Positions 12,206 through 27,347 of a DNA stretch of 64,000 bases are shown here, piece after piece; positions within the stretch are counted from its first letter, which is position 1; each line of letters begins with the position of its first letter. The translations under genes and the position numbers were made by a program. This DNA is from Octopus sinensis (taxonomy: Eukaryota). Below the pieces are notes generated by a model. That model was not told where the DNA came from and did no database searches. It saw only the letters and a list, made by a program, of their open reading frames with translations. The stretch spans positions 6,882,001 to 6,946,000 of the forward strand of contig NC_042997.1 in assembly GCF_006345805.1 (NCBI RefSeq). Direction: 5' to 3'.

Positions 12206-14994
12206 TATAGATACTTGGGTATGCATAACTGATTCAATTTTTCGGTTCGCATATACGTGACATACAGTACAGTCACACTGCATAGCACCTTGGATATATG
12301 TCTTTTACGACACCCCGCATCGACCAGTACTTCTTGAGGATGTTTGGTAACCGAAACTGTATTGAAGACTGTCGTGTGTATGTATGTGTGTCTATGTGTG
12401 TGGTTGTATTTAAGAGAAGCCGATTGAACATGTTTGTTGGCGGTGCCCTACTATGATCTTAATCAATATATTAACCGATTAAAACCTAAAAATAAATTTA
12501 AAAATAAAATGATATGGTTGTGAATATATAAAACAATAACTGGTATTTTTCTATACTTGATTAGAGTATTCAAAGTATTAACAAAATGTTCGTGATGTAA
12601 GTTTACTTATGTTAGCTGTTAGTCAAAGAGTATATAATTAGTTGGTTTAGTGTAGACGCAAAAGCGTGAATGGGGCGGTTATCGTATTATTCAGATTTTC
12701 TCCAATATTCAAATCGTGAGTGACCTCTATGATTATTAGAGCATGAGAAAGCATCACTAAGCATTTAACGGCGGAAATGCCAAATGGCATGTTGTTGCAA
12801 GTTGAATATGTTCAGGATGCAATGAAGTATAGAGCTAAACATTTAGTGAAACCAGATATGCCTATGAATAATAAATAATTTGTTCTACATCTTACAGGAA
12901 AACTATTTGAATCGAATTATGTCCGTATAATGCTGTAACAAATTTCTATCAAATTATAAGTGATTAAGAGTATTTAGCAAGAAATTGATAATTGTTTACT
13001 GCTTGAATAATTTAATTTCTATTTAGTAAATGGAAGAAAATAACACTCCAAAAATAGCGAGGAAATCAGACGCTGTTAAATATATATATGCATACATAGA
13101 TGCATTGCTATATATTATGAAGAGAGAATGAACAGATAAAATGTGTATCACTGAAGAGGATGGAATTTATAATTCAAACATAATCGTAGGAGTAAAAGCT
13201 ACCATATACATAAGGAATAACTAGGTTGCGCATAAAGTCTATTACAGCTGTAAAATGAAATACATACATAATTTTTTTCTTATTTTACATGCATTAATGC
13301 ATATGCACACACACATACACAAATCTATTTGTCCTTTACTATATAAAATATTTTACCCAATGTCCCGACCAGTTCTCCTTCCACATCAAATGTTCTCCCT
13401 CTTCTGTTTCGCTCTTCCTTTTTTTAACTACGTATTCTTATTCAACCTTTCATTCAAATAGTTTCAACACATTTCTACTTCGTTCTACATACCTAAACGT
13501 ATATATGCCCAAATTTTCGTCTGTCGATATGCAGGAACTATTTCTCAACAGTAGCTTTTTCTACAAAGTCTTCAATATTCATTTGTATATTAATTTTATG
13601 AAAGATTGTAGGGTTCACTGTATTTTCTGTTTTAATATGATTAGCAATTTTTTACCATTCGCGCAACAATATCCTTTGAGAATTCAACAAATATGTTAAT
13701 AATACTGAAGCCTATACGTTATTTATTTATCTGTCTTCTTTAAACACGTATTGTACAGCTAAAGTACTTAATGCCGAAAATAGTCAAGAAGAAACCTAAT
13801 TTGTGTTCAACATATTTACTTGTAAGAAATATATTATACTTTATCATGTTTACACCTCTTATTCAGTCTATATTTACACTGAATGACGGAGACGTCTTTA
13901 AGCTGAATGATGGAATCGTGTGTAGGAGACGTATGCTTGTCATGTAACTCCAAATATTATATAGCAAAACAAAAATCATACTTTATTCCGCAGGATGAAA
14001 AATTGATTGATGACTTACAAAATGTACATTTCCTTTATGGATTTCTTAAACCTTTGGAAGCTGAAAGAATGAGCTTCAATCACATATCAAATGAACCGTA
14101 AATAATTGATGGTTAATTTCACTATAATTTTAATCTTGCCATCAGTATGCTCTTTGGGTTTATTATAACATAATATTTACTAATGTATGGAGAAATAAAA
14201 TTACATGATTGCAAGTTACCGTCGTTGGGAGAAGACGAATTCTAAAGAATTTATTCTGAAATTAGAAGAATTCACAGACCGACTATTTGTGTTTTTTCGA
14301 AAATGACAGCTTCAAATCTCAAGTACTATAGACGTCCGCTAAAATTATATTTGCTTTTGACAGAATATTTTGCTTGTCAAACAAGCGCTCTGTACGAAGG
14401 AGAAGAAATAATTTCTCTCATGATTTGACATTGCAATATTTCAAATATTTGTCACATTAATATTTAACCAGGATTTAAACAGATGCTATTTCTAAAGATC
14501 TCTTCGAAAGCTAATGGGTAAAAAAAATTAAACGAAGAAGACAACAAAGAACAAAAGAAATTATATAGCGTTGAGAAGGATTTTAAGATAACATTACTGT
14601 ATACTGTTGAAATATATTTAAACAACTTACATTACTATTCCAACCTAGTATTCAACAAGATATGTGATTATGCCTCAAGGATGGAATGGCGGCGAGCGGA
14701 ATCTAGGAATATAGTATAGTTTACCATATTGTACAATGGGAATAACATACATACCTTGTTACAAATGATGCTTTATTATTAAAGTGCATAACAGAAAAAA
14801 AGTATCACATATCTAATTAACAGGTATTTTCAGAAAATTATATATACTACAGTATGTATGTGTGAATGTGTAAGTGTGTGTCTGTCTGTTTGCGTATAAA
14901 TATATATGTGGATGAAGGTATCTTTTATTTCATATATTTTATCTTATACTTCTCTTGAAGAATTTTTATTGAATGAATCTATCTTTATATTTTT

Positions 14995-15100
14995 TAAAGC
15001 CTGCCGCTTATTTCACTCGCACTGCTTCAGTCGGCCCGAGGTTATATTGGATGACACTTGTCCACTGTGCCATGCGGAAACCAGAACCATGTTGTCGGGA
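14995..15100 (-). mobile_element. SINE family 1 fragment
   Basis: gtcggcccgagg...gacacttgtcc..tgtgccatgc. Confidence 0.55.
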
Positions 15101-15291
15101 ATATGTATGTGTGTGTGTGTTTGTGTATGTGTATGTGTGTGAGTCTGTGTGTGAATAGGATGATAACACGCATATACGGAGAGCCTACTGAAAGAAGTTA
15201 GAGAACATGTTCACATGATGATTTATAACGCGTCAAGAGGGAGCTATTTTAGGGTTATATATATATATGTGTGTGTGTGGTGTGTGTGTGT

Positions 15292-15323
<32 letters not shown>

Positions 15324-15375
15324 TGCGTGTGTGTGCCTGTGTGTGTATGTGTGTATGTTTGTGTGTGTGTGTGTG
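15100..15375. repeat. (TG)n-rich microsatellites
   Basis: Direct inspection of two tracts. Confidence 0.9.
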
Positions 15376-17710
15376 ATTTAAAAGTTGTTGACAATAACTG
15401 TAATGTTATTAATATGAAATTCATCCGTTGTACCTTGGCCAAAGCAGTCAAGATGTACACTCAGTTTGATATTGTAGCACTCTATTCTTCCATATAGAAA
15501 TACTTCTTTAAGGGGCTGAAATATGTAGGCCACAATGTTGCACAAGTATAAATATATTAGATGATACATGGACGCAAGGGGCATTGCGCTTACATCATGA
15601 TCAATTTCGCTGGGTGTCAAAACATTTAAAAGCTTTGCTTCACCTCTCAGATGTATGCTATACTGAAACTGAAATAATAGTTGTTGCATAGTTTATGAAA
15701 GACATCAGTGAGTAGTACACTTTACTTCTCATCCCTTATACAGAGAAAATTTCCTGGAAATATAAAGCAATTTGAACCAACATGCTATGAAGAGATTGAT
15801 TACAGGAAAGTTTTTCGAAGAGATCATATTCAACAATCTTTACATAGCGAAAAAGCTGTTCATTTACAGGTCAAAATAAATAAATCCAAACCCAACTGAA
15901 TGTTTAATGAAGAGCCAGTATGTTCTATGGAAATTCCAGCTGGAATGGAATATTATTAGGTGGGGCCATATTTAAGTTTTATACATTGATTATGGCATAT
16001 TTTACAGAGTTCTCCTCAATACAAGACGGGAACGAGGACGAGGTTTATCAGAATATAGTGTACACTTAGGAAATGATTCTTCGATTTATTCTATGAGTTA
16101 GGAAAAGGAGAGTAAACTGGTACGATCGTCCAAAGAGCACACGCTGTATAATCAGTATTCATCATCCCTATATTAGGAGCACTTCTGAAGTTCATGCAGC
16201 AAACATAAACATTTAAAGATGCATAATGTTATATTATACTACATCTCATCGCTTCCTATATCGAAATCCGTTAACAGAAATACGTGCACGTAATTATCCA
16301 GGCGTAAACGTACCTTATCTTTCCCAATTTTCTACCGAAAAATTACATTAGCAATAGTTCGAATAACGTTAGTTTTACTATATATATATATATATATATA
16401 TATGGGCAAATTTCTATCAGGAACGAGGGAAATTTCTATATTACTACAGTGTTTTATTTGAAAGCTTTCCGAAAAAAAAACATGTCTTGACGAGCTTGAC
16501 CTGTAATCATTTCTATATGTCCATCTATAAACACTACGAGCATGGCAATATCGTCTATTTTTGCGCCGAAATTTCTATATTGCAACAGCCAACAATATCT
16601 TGTAAGAATAAAATTGGAATATCATTTTGATGCTCGTTTTGTGACTCTCTGTTGGCTTACATTGAGCAATTAATAATCACTTCATATTATGTGCTTCACA
16701 CTTTGCTATAAACTGTTATATCATATCCAATATCCTTTATATAGAAAATAGAAATACCATTTTGCTAAAATCAGTAGTATTCTGCTGTTTAAATATAAAT
16801 ATTTTCTTGTTAAAGTTGTTTAAAAAGTTTATTGAGCTTTTTTATATTCAAAATCAAATCTTCATTTCTCTTTCAATACTGATGCCATCCAAAGTAAGAA
16901 AGAATGTTATAGTTACTGACACTAAAATACACTTCCAACTGCTTCTAAGTTGCATCGAGATACAGCATGATGACAAAGAGGCAATCAAATTATAAACTCA
17001 ATCACACTTTACCATAAAAATTGATTTAAACGGAGAAATTGTGACCTACTTCAAAACTTAAAAGGAACAGTCGCACTTCTTGAGTCTGGGGAAAATTATG
17101 AAAAGTATCGCCAAAGAAAACTATAAATACAGGTATTTAAGCTCCATGATATATATTTAGAGTGCTCAATTCACTCCTCTTTGAACGTAATGCATACTTT
17201 CGCATACGCCCGCGGGAACACATTTTAAGTCATATTTAGAAAATTACAATGAGCTCAATAAAAGAATGTGTTTAATTATGAAAATGTAGAGGTTACTTAC
17301 ACTATGTGCAGATGAATCAGAGTGAATTTTCATAGAATGTAAGCCCTTCTGGAATTTCAGTTAGTAAGTTTTACTGTCGTTGAAACTGAGAATTCAGAAT
17401 CGATTGAGAAGAGTCAACCGCACTGCGCTTTCGTTATATATCCGTACAAACACACATATATTAATAGAGTGATATAAAAGGAAAAATAAATCGACTGATT
17501 GCCAAGAGTGCGTAATGAGTGAGTATGGTAAATAATCACGTATCAACTTCATTTTTTACATCTCGTTTCTTGCAACAACATTTGTTCACCGACGTCGCTC
17601 AACTAAAACGTAGGTGTCAGTTTTCACCATGACCAATGCGTACGTTAAATAAATTAGTATGTATAAATATGCATGTATGCAGATACATACGCACAAACAC
17701 ACACTCTCAA

Positions 17711-17741
<31 letters not shown>

Positions 17742-20700
17742 CCCATACAAAAACACACGCATATATCAATACATACGCAAATATATGCGTGTGTGCTTAG
17801 AGTGTTACTATTAAACTGAAATATTCAAAATGTTACATATGCATATATATATATATTTATGTCGACTTAGATGCATATGTCCTTTACTGTGTGATGCTCT
17901 CTCTTTCTCTCTTTCTTTCTCTCTTTCTCTTTTTCAACAGTTTAGTGATGACTTCTGCCGGAAATCGTCTCCTTGTCTTTAATATCTGTACGACATCATC
18001 AATTTGCAAATATCGCTTGCATTACATAAAAAAAAACATTTCCGGTAACAGAAGTTTAAGAAGGCAATCATCTGTAATTTCTCCAGTCGTATATAATTTA
18101 CTGAAGTTAGAAGATATCTCCTCAAATTTGTATTCGTTTAATATATGCATTGGGTTTCAAATTTTCCATTAAATCTAAATCCGAATTAATATACGAAATA
18201 TAATGCAGATTTCTATGCACTGCTTATTTTTTTTTTTTTTTTCGAATTATTCTATCGATACATTTATGTATTTATCATAATCTCTTTACGATTACTTCAA
18301 TCGGAATAACGCTAATATTATCAGAGTGAACATTAACCGATGTTATCAATCAATATATTGTAGCAACATTAGCGATAACAAAATCGGTGTAATAATATCT
18401 TATATTTGGAAGCATGTTCTCGTAATGAACATACACTATCATTTTCTCCGACGTGAATGAGGTACGCATTAAGAAACTTTAACACGAATCAAAAATACTT
18501 CGCTCATTCTCATACTTTTACATGCTCACACACACCCGCACACACACACATTCTCTCTCCTCTTTCTCTCGCTTTCTCACTCGATCGCAAACATAAACAT
18601 CCACCACAGACATAAACAAGATTATGCATGTACAGACATAAACACATGCACACAGATATATGCACCAATAAATATGCATATGTTCCTATCACACGTAAGC
18701 ATCCCCGCACGTACGCAGGCACTTATAAATGCATATGATTTATATATATATGCGTGTGTGTCTGTGTGTGTATCTATACCTTTCTATCTATCAGTCTGTC
18801 TGTCTCTCTATGTATTTATGTATGTATGTATGAATGTATGCATGTATGTATGTCTCTATCGATCTATGCATTTATATATACAGTAAACTGCAAGTGCATT
18901 TTCAGGTTCCTGCCAAACAACAAATTCGATGATTTTACTGAGATTTGATGTACAGGAAGTACCTCTGCAGATGAATAATTTTCAGCGGGCATAGCTTGCG
19001 CTGCACTACCCCCTCCTATTAGCCGAAGAAGACTTTCGCCGGTGTGACATGTAATGTTTCGAGATTATGACATTTTCGTGTGTGTATGTGTAATTACATT
19101 GGTTAAAATAAAATAAGCTGAGTCATATTCATTGTTCAGGGTTCTTTTAACCCTCCATTATTGTTGTTTAGACTCAAGTTTTCTCTTCATCGATCGTTAA
19201 AATTTTGCCTGATGAAAACAAACCACACATGAAACTCTTGAATTTTTATGATATATAAGGAACTCTGCGGCACATTGTCAATGTATCTCTTTTTAACGTA
19301 GCCTTACCGAGATTTATTCTAATTGTTTGTACCTAGATTTTCTTTAACATAGGATCTAGCTCACATCTAGACGTCTCTTCCTCTCCATGTCTTATCACCA
19401 TATTATTTATAATAATCCTGCACCTCCTCCCCCAACTCCTCATCGTCAACAGCATAACAATTGTTGACATCATCTGTTATAAATTGCTTCCCATGCACTT
19501 CCCTCGAATGTGTGATTATAAAAAAATAATTTTTTTGATTACTGTAGTGTAAATATACATCCATTTCTGAAGTAATTTTTTTCTCTCTCTTACCACATGA
19601 AAGTTGTATGAATTTAATAGTAAATTAAATCACCATCAGGGAATTCATTTGTAGCGGTATGGAAAGCGTTTTCCTTTCAAGTGGATAATATCATCGTACA
19701 GGATTTGAGATAACTGTAATCACAATATCTTAAAAATCATTTTCAAATTTCTAGTAGATCAATGTCATTTACTCATTCAGTCCTTAATTCCAAAGCAGAC
19801 ACATTCAAGATCATCTCTTATTAGTTAAATGTTCTGCTGCATAAAAGCATATCTTATTGATCCTGTAAAATATTATAGTATATGGTACAGGAATACTTGA
19901 ATTACTTCGTGTTTGGTTCTCAATAGTCCATACATTCTTATGAATTGGGTTGATAAATGTCGTTGGAAACATTTTTCATAGTCCCAATTTCGTGTTCAGT
20001 TCACTCGACGGTCAGTTTTTGGAGTACTTGCAAGTTAATGACTGTTGAATCTTCCCTTATATTTTGGTGCAGAAGTGCTGCTCGTGTAAGAATCGTACAT
20101 GTAAACATAAACTAATTGAATATATTATTAAATCTCATTTGTTTATTATCAAACACTCAGTGTTGAAATTAGGCGTATCATTCCCGTAAGGTGCAACGCA
20201 ACTGCATATTTTAATTCATTTTCTAATTCATTTTAAAAGATTTCCACTTAAGCATTCTTGTATATGGGAAATTAATTCAATTTGCATCCACTCCTGAAAA
20301 GTGTATTTCAAAACAGAGAAAAGAGATATATGACAAGTGTCGAGGTAATATGTAACATAAATATCATAAGGAACATATGTTAAGGCTTTTACCAATGTAC
20401 ATCTAATAAAATACTTTCGAACAAAACTTGACAAAATTAATGTACACATAGTTATATATAAGCATTGATAAAATCACATTAACACCGCTCCTAGCAGGAA
20501 TAATTAACATGTTCTCAGAGTAATAACATAAACGTTATCGTTCACTATTAGAGAAGGGTTACAATAGAAATATCTTAAATCAATATACCAATAAATGTTG
20601 TTTTTTTTTCTAGTTGAAAGATTTTGCGAGGATTAGTAAAATTTGTATATTGCGTTTTCAAGCTTCCCCAACGTACCACACCAATAAAATGTTCAAGGCA

Positions 20701-20993
20701 GTGACGAAGATTAGGCAAATATTTGATTAAATGCATAAATAATAATACATAAAAAGAAGATATTTACATTGATTGTATGCCAAGTTACATGTGAAGACAA
20801 TTTAACATCAAATGGAATGATCTCGCAAATCTTTTTAACACATTTCATAATTATTTGCATTTAATTGGTAGGGATTTTGTGATTTCGAAATTTAATCCCA
20901 CTGGTCGTCAGGAGTTTGCTAAATGTAGCAGACTTTGAACTCACCTGCAAACGCTTTCATGTGCGTGTGTGTGTGGGGGGGAGGGGGTAAATT

Positions 20994-21644
20994 TCTATAC
21001 TAATAAGGATAAGATCATTATTTTAAATATAGATCAAATCAAGTGGTAGCATGGGAAGAAAAAAGCCTTATAGGTTATAATAATTATAAAAATTATAAAT
21101 AAAGGTATCGGATCTTTTCAATTCTGAAGCCAGGACCACAGGTCTTTCTACTTAACTAAATATTCTGAAACTTCGTATGCTGATAGAGTCTAGCAAAACA
21201 AGACACAGGTTGGAACTAGTTTATTTGAGAAAAATCTATTTTATGACTTTAATCGGAGATTAAAACTGCGAATTTTAACCAATCAGATTGTTTGTTTTCA
21301 TGTGTAAAACTTGACTGCATTCTATTAGTGTGACGTAGAAAGCGCTTTTGTGACGTACTAACGTTCGGAAAACTGTAAACAAACACAGAACGTAACGGCA
21401 GACGAAATACGGCTACGCATTTCGCCCGGCGTGCTAACGTTTCTGCCAGCTCTTTGCTTTTTTAATATTAAATTTCTTGCCTTTTGCACAAATAAATACA
21501 ATAAGTGAAATGAAACGCATTAGCTTAGAAACGAAATCTTGTTAGAAGCCTCGTCACTGAGATGCCACTTCTTAATAGCAAACGAAAGCAAGTACTAACA
21601 GAATGGAAACATATTCAATTTAATACATGTGGCTTATTAACTAG
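20994..21644 (+). mobile_element. Possible degraded non-autonomous Helitron
   Basis: Starts TCTATACTAATAA and ends CTAG|T; no clear 3' hairpin; 5' flank is T rather than A. Confidence 0.3.
21386..21452 (-). mobile_element. SINE family 2 5' head, well preserved
   Basis: Minus strand gagctggcagaaacgttagcacgccgggcgaaatgcgtagccgtatttcgtctgccgttacgttctg; truncated before the B box. Confidence 0.75.
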
Positions 21645-22116
21645 TTTTAAATATTGTTATTAGAATGTGGCTGACTATAGGATCCTGGAAACATGAGTAC
21701 GTTAAATAATTAGAAGGAGATTTCACGGAGACATGCGGCTTGTTTACATTTAAGATGTTTAATACGTCACCAAATTGGTGGTCGAGACGGAGTAAATAAA
21801 ATAAAGCCGAATGACGGAATATCATTGGTTAAAATTCTAATTATTAAACAACGTTAAACTTAGAGGTTACAATTCCGTTTTCATTCTGGTTTACAATTAA
21901 GTTTACTTTTGACACATTCTACCAGTATACGAAGTTTCAAATTGTTTGGTTCAGTAGGAAAAATTTGAAAAAACTGGCTTCAGAATTGAAAAGATCCAAG
22001 GTATCTAAGAAATACGTCCATACTTGAAATACTAATCAAAACCTAACTCTAAAACCATATCATGTATTCAATACAGCACAAGGTGAAAAGGCAAATAGAC
22101 AAATAAGACCAGTAAA

Positions 22117-22203
22117 ACTTGGATAAATTCAGAACCTGGATTTCTGGCTGTGTATAAAACCATACTTTCCCGTTGTCGATGAAATATACCTGTGATTTAC
22201 ATA

Positions 22204-22287
<84 letters not shown>

Positions 22288-22480
22288 AACATACGAATAC
22301 TCATGTATAGTCACATGTGTATACATAAAAGACCTGTATAAATTGGATAATTTCAGACCCTGAGTTTCTGGCTGTGTACAAATCCTTACGTTGTAGTCAA
22401 TGAAATATACTTTTAATTGTACATGATTACAGATATATACACATAAACTTGGGAATACTCACGTTTATTTGTGTGTGCAT
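22117..22480. repeat. Diverged tandem duplication (about 220-bp unit)
   Basis: ttggataa.ttcaga.cctg..tttctggctgtgta...gaaatatac...gaatactca occurs twice; CA/TA tract expanded in unit 1. Confidence 0.7.
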
Positions 22481-24402
22481 GCATGCGTGCGTATGTGCGT
22501 GTGTTAGTGTGCGTATGTGTGTATGTGAGAGAGAGAGAGAGAGAAGTAGCTTTTGAGCGCTACTGGTAACATGCAACCTAATACAACATGCTGCACGGTC
22601 GTTTCGTCGGTGACGAAACTGACCACTCCAACAAGATTACTTGGCGACGATGTTGAATGTCCATGCTGGACGATAAATAAGACTTGTCAAAGGACGGAAA
22701 AGCGCATGCGTATTCAATGGCCATGAAATATTATATGTACATAGGTGTGTATGTATATGTACGTATGTGTATATATATTCATATATCATTTTATATGTTT
22801 ATATATATCTTTTTATATATTTATAAACCTTTTATATAATTATATGTATATTTATGTATTTTTTTCATTTTCTTTTATTTATATTCTTAATTTTGAATTT
22901 ATTTTATTAAAGAACAGTTTATAAATTGTAAATGTTTCGAATTTTATAAGTGTTTTATTGTTTCTCTGTGCGTGGGAATGGTCTATGAATCTTTTCTAGA
23001 AGGACACTACTATAAAACTAGTTCATAGTAATGACAATGCCTCAAGTGGCTGCACTATCAAAGCTAGGTTTGATGGTGAGAGACTAGGCTACTCCTCTGA
23101 AACAAAGCCGTTATTAGGACAACCAGTATAGGAGAATAAAGTTCTGATTTCAAATTTACTTTCCACTGCTGGCTTGCAGTCTCCTTTAGAGTAAAACCTA
23201 GGAGAAGTTACTCTGATATCAAACCTGCATTCAACTTAGCACATGTCATCTTGATTTGCTTGTTAATGGGATGTACTATTTTGACATATATATACATATA
23301 CACACGAGGGCTATTAAAGGTAAGTTTCCAAATTCGGTTACTAGGAATACATAATCCTAGCGGGTACCCTATTCGTTTTTACCGGTTAATAATTCTGACC
23401 AACCTCAATGACCGTACATAAACTACAGTTAGTTTATTTTACGATCCTCGTTACATCTTCACATCGGTAAATGTCCTTCTATATAGTGCAAGTTGTCGGT
23501 AGAAAAAAATTAATTAATTAAGGACAACAGAAGTTTATATATCGAATTTTCAATGAAGTTATTTACATCTTTTCATTTCGGACCTACATATGTTTCTGTA
23601 GCTGGTCAGTGTACATTGCGAATTATATGAAGACATTTGCTAAATAGTTACATCAAAATAAAATTAATAACAAACAAACACGAGAAGGCACCACGATGTC
23701 CACATCAGTCCGAGCATATATTTATTTAATATAAATAGCTATGATGCCTAATACTAAAATTAGAAAAGAAGTAAAGTGAACAATAACAAATTTAAACGAT
23801 AAATATAAACCCTACATTAATTTACTTAATTACAAAGAATGAAAAGAATAACAAGCGAATAAGATTAAAGATATCGCTAAATAAAATTGACTTAATTTAA
23901 AATTAAAAAATTAATGAATAGACCAATAGCTCATTATTAAAAAGACAATAGTAATAGTAAGAAGACTTGTAGTAGAGGAGGTAGAAATTACGATAAGAAT
24001 AGTAACAATAACGGCATCAAGTGATTTCAAGTAACGAGACACGAAATATGAACGCTATCCCTAACTAGTAGAATAATAAAAATGCATTAGCCGTCCACTG
24101 AACTACTTTCGTACAGCAAGTTATTTGAGAGTTGAAAATGTTAGAATTTAGTGTATTTATTCAATACTAATAACAAGAGTATGAATAAATCAGGCTGGAC
24201 TTGTATTTAGTTCAGAGGAAATCTGAAAATGCAGAAAAATGCGAACTGAAGAAGCGGCAGCAATGATTATGAACAAAATGCACATCAAATGCAAAATTTA
24301 CTGTGATCACTGTCTTACTGCAGAAATATGTATAGGTACGAAATAAAAGATGAATCTGCATAAAAATCTGTGTATATAAATCTCTGTTCTCCTTAATACA
24401 CA

Positions 24403-24490
<88 letters not shown>

Positions 24491-24583
24491 TGAATAAATA
24501 TATATTTATATATTTTATCAATTTCTCATTTCATTAAAATTTTCTTTCGTTTGAGCATTCTGCATTTTTACAATTTTTCCTTG

Positions 24584-24631
<48 letters not shown>

Positions 24632-24632
<1 letters not shown>

Positions 24633-24790
24633 GGACATAAGTCATTACTACCAAAATTTATAGACGTATTTGATGCGTTAAGTGTGAAATCACAGGTGAT
24701 ATAGAACTAAATTCATTTTTTAAATGTCTTGCTTCGAAAACTGCATTTGAGTACGATTAGTTAAATTTTGGTAGTAATGACTTATGTCCC
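24632..24790. mobile_element. MITE with perfect 29-bp terminal inverted repeats
   Basis: gggacataagtcattactaccaaaattta (24632-24660) / taaattttggtagtaatgacttatgtccc (24762-24790); beside (TA)n. Confidence 0.8.
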
Positions 24791-24986
24791 TCTTAGCGTG
24801 AGGCATTTATGTGTAATAATGCCCTCTATACAATATAAATTAATATTTTCAAAAGGAAAAAAATTATTTGCGATTTTTTTCTCTTATGAGGTTTTTCGCG
24901 CTAACTACCTGATAATTTCTTGTTAAGATTCCTTATTAAGAAGTTATCCTTATTTGTTAACTATAAATATATATATATATATACAG

Positions 24987-25019
<33 letters not shown>

Positions 25020-25438
25020 CATATGTGTGTGCATTTATATACACAGCCCAAGGGATTGCGCATATTTGTGTATCCATCTATATACATATGCATGTGGTAA
25101 TGCATGCACCTGTACATACACATACGCCCGCATATATTTACATACATAGAGAGACACTCACACACACACACACAATTACACAAGCACACACAAACACACA
25201 CATATATGCATGTGCTTGTGAGTTTGTTCGATGCAAACATCTCAATTGTCTTTCATTTCAAATATAGCCTTCGATATGATGGCAATAAACGAAGTAAATT
25301 CCTATGATGAATGATTGACACCTGAGTATCTTATAAATGCACAACGGAAAAAGCTTCGAAATAGTACCCAGTGTTCACAAAGTGTTTTCAGTCAATTTGC
25401 TACAGTTATTTCAAATAATTGCTTAATACAACACACAT

Positions 25439-25829
<391 letters not shown>

Positions 25830-25947
25830 GCGGCCGTTTTCAAGTTATAGATGCATTGCTTAACACAACATAATTACTTTTTTGCTTCAACATATATTTT
25901 AATTATGCCGTTGCCAATTTAATCGTCATGCATGTGCATATATATAT

Positions 25948-27163
25948 AATGCTGAAAAATGCCAGTTCCTGCGCTACCAGCATCCAAAACTGAATATCAA
26001 ACTTACAGAATACACCGGTCCACAGGGAATTTCAATCCCAGAGCCTATGTATGTGAGGGACCTGGGTACGACATCAGTGAAGATACCTCTTTCCAAGTGC
26101 ACATTACCAGGATGGCGACAAAGTGCAGACGACTGGCTGGATGGATCCCAAGAACATTCAGAACCAGAGATAAGGAAACCATGATGGTCCTCTGGCGGGA
26201 ATTCGTCCTCAGCCGCCTGGATTATTGCTCACAGCTATGGTCACCCACCAGTGTGAAATTAACAGCGGACCTTGAAGCAATCCAGAGAAGATTCACAAAA
26301 AAGATCGGTCTTTGCAACAGCTCAGCTGCTGGGAAAGGTTGAAACAGCTAAGGCTCTACTCCCTGGAGAGAAGACGGCAGAGTTATGCAGTAACGTATGT
26401 CTGGAAGTTCCTGGAAGGAATTGTGCCAAATTTTGGCATTGTAAGCTACACCAATGCTAGAACGGGACGACACTGCATAGTTCCAAAGATTCCAGCAATG
26501 CCATCACGCTTCAGGACCAGCTTCTGCAATAGCCTGGGTTTCAAGGTCCCACAGCTTTTTAATATTCTCCCTTCTTATTTTATCTTAATGACTCCGCCGG
26601 TTACGACGACGAGGGTCCCAGCTGATACGATCAACGGAACAGCTTGCTCGTGAAATTAACGTGCAAATGGCTGAGCATTCCACAGACACGTGTACCCTTA
26701 ACTTAGTTCGCGGGGATAATCAGCGTGACACAGAGAGTGACAAGGCTGACCCTTTGAAATACAAGTACAACTCATTTTTGCCAGCTGAGTGGACTGGAGC
26801 AACGTGAAATAAAGTATCTTGCTCAAGGACACAACGCGTCGCCGGGAATCGAACTCACAACCTTACGATCATGAGCCGAATGCCCTAACCACTAAGCCAC
26901 GCGCCCTCACATTATTCTCTCCTAAAAGTCTGAGGAACTTGCATAAAGTAGATGTAGCGGTTTTTAAATCAAAGCTGGACATCTTCATGTCGAGAGTCCC
27001 AGATGAACCTACCTCACGGCAAAAGGTGCAAATGAGAGTAGTTATATCAAAGTCCATTCTTCACCAATGCCACATATTAGAGGAGGCTCTTCGTAATAAC
27101 AGTGTAGCACAAAACGGTGGTGTATCAGCATGGCCGCAGCTCTGAGCTGAAACAAGAAAAAAA
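25948..27163 (+). mobile_element. 5'-truncated CR1/L2-group LINE (family A): RT C-terminus and 3'UTR
   Basis: NAEKCQFLRY...RDLG...LSRLDYCSQLWSP...LEAIQRRFTKKI...WERLKQLRLYSLERRR...QLFNILP|KSLRNL...FKSKLDIF...PDEP; frameshifted; interrupted by a SINE. Confidence 0.9.
26573..26910 (-). mobile_element. Full-length tRNA-derived SINE family 3 inserted in the LINE
   Basis: A box TGGCTTAGTGG, B box GAGTTCGATTCC; near-duplicated target 26560-26572 (taatattctccct) / 26911-26923 (attattctctcct); removing it restores FNILPKSLR. Confidence 0.9.
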
Positions 27164-27268
27164 TATATATATGTGTGTGTGAATGTGTGTGTGTGTGTGT
27201 GTCTGTGTGTCTGTGTGTGCCTCTGTGTGTGTCTGTGTCTGGCCCTCTGTGTACATATACCTCGCACG

Positions 27269-27347
<79 letters not shown>

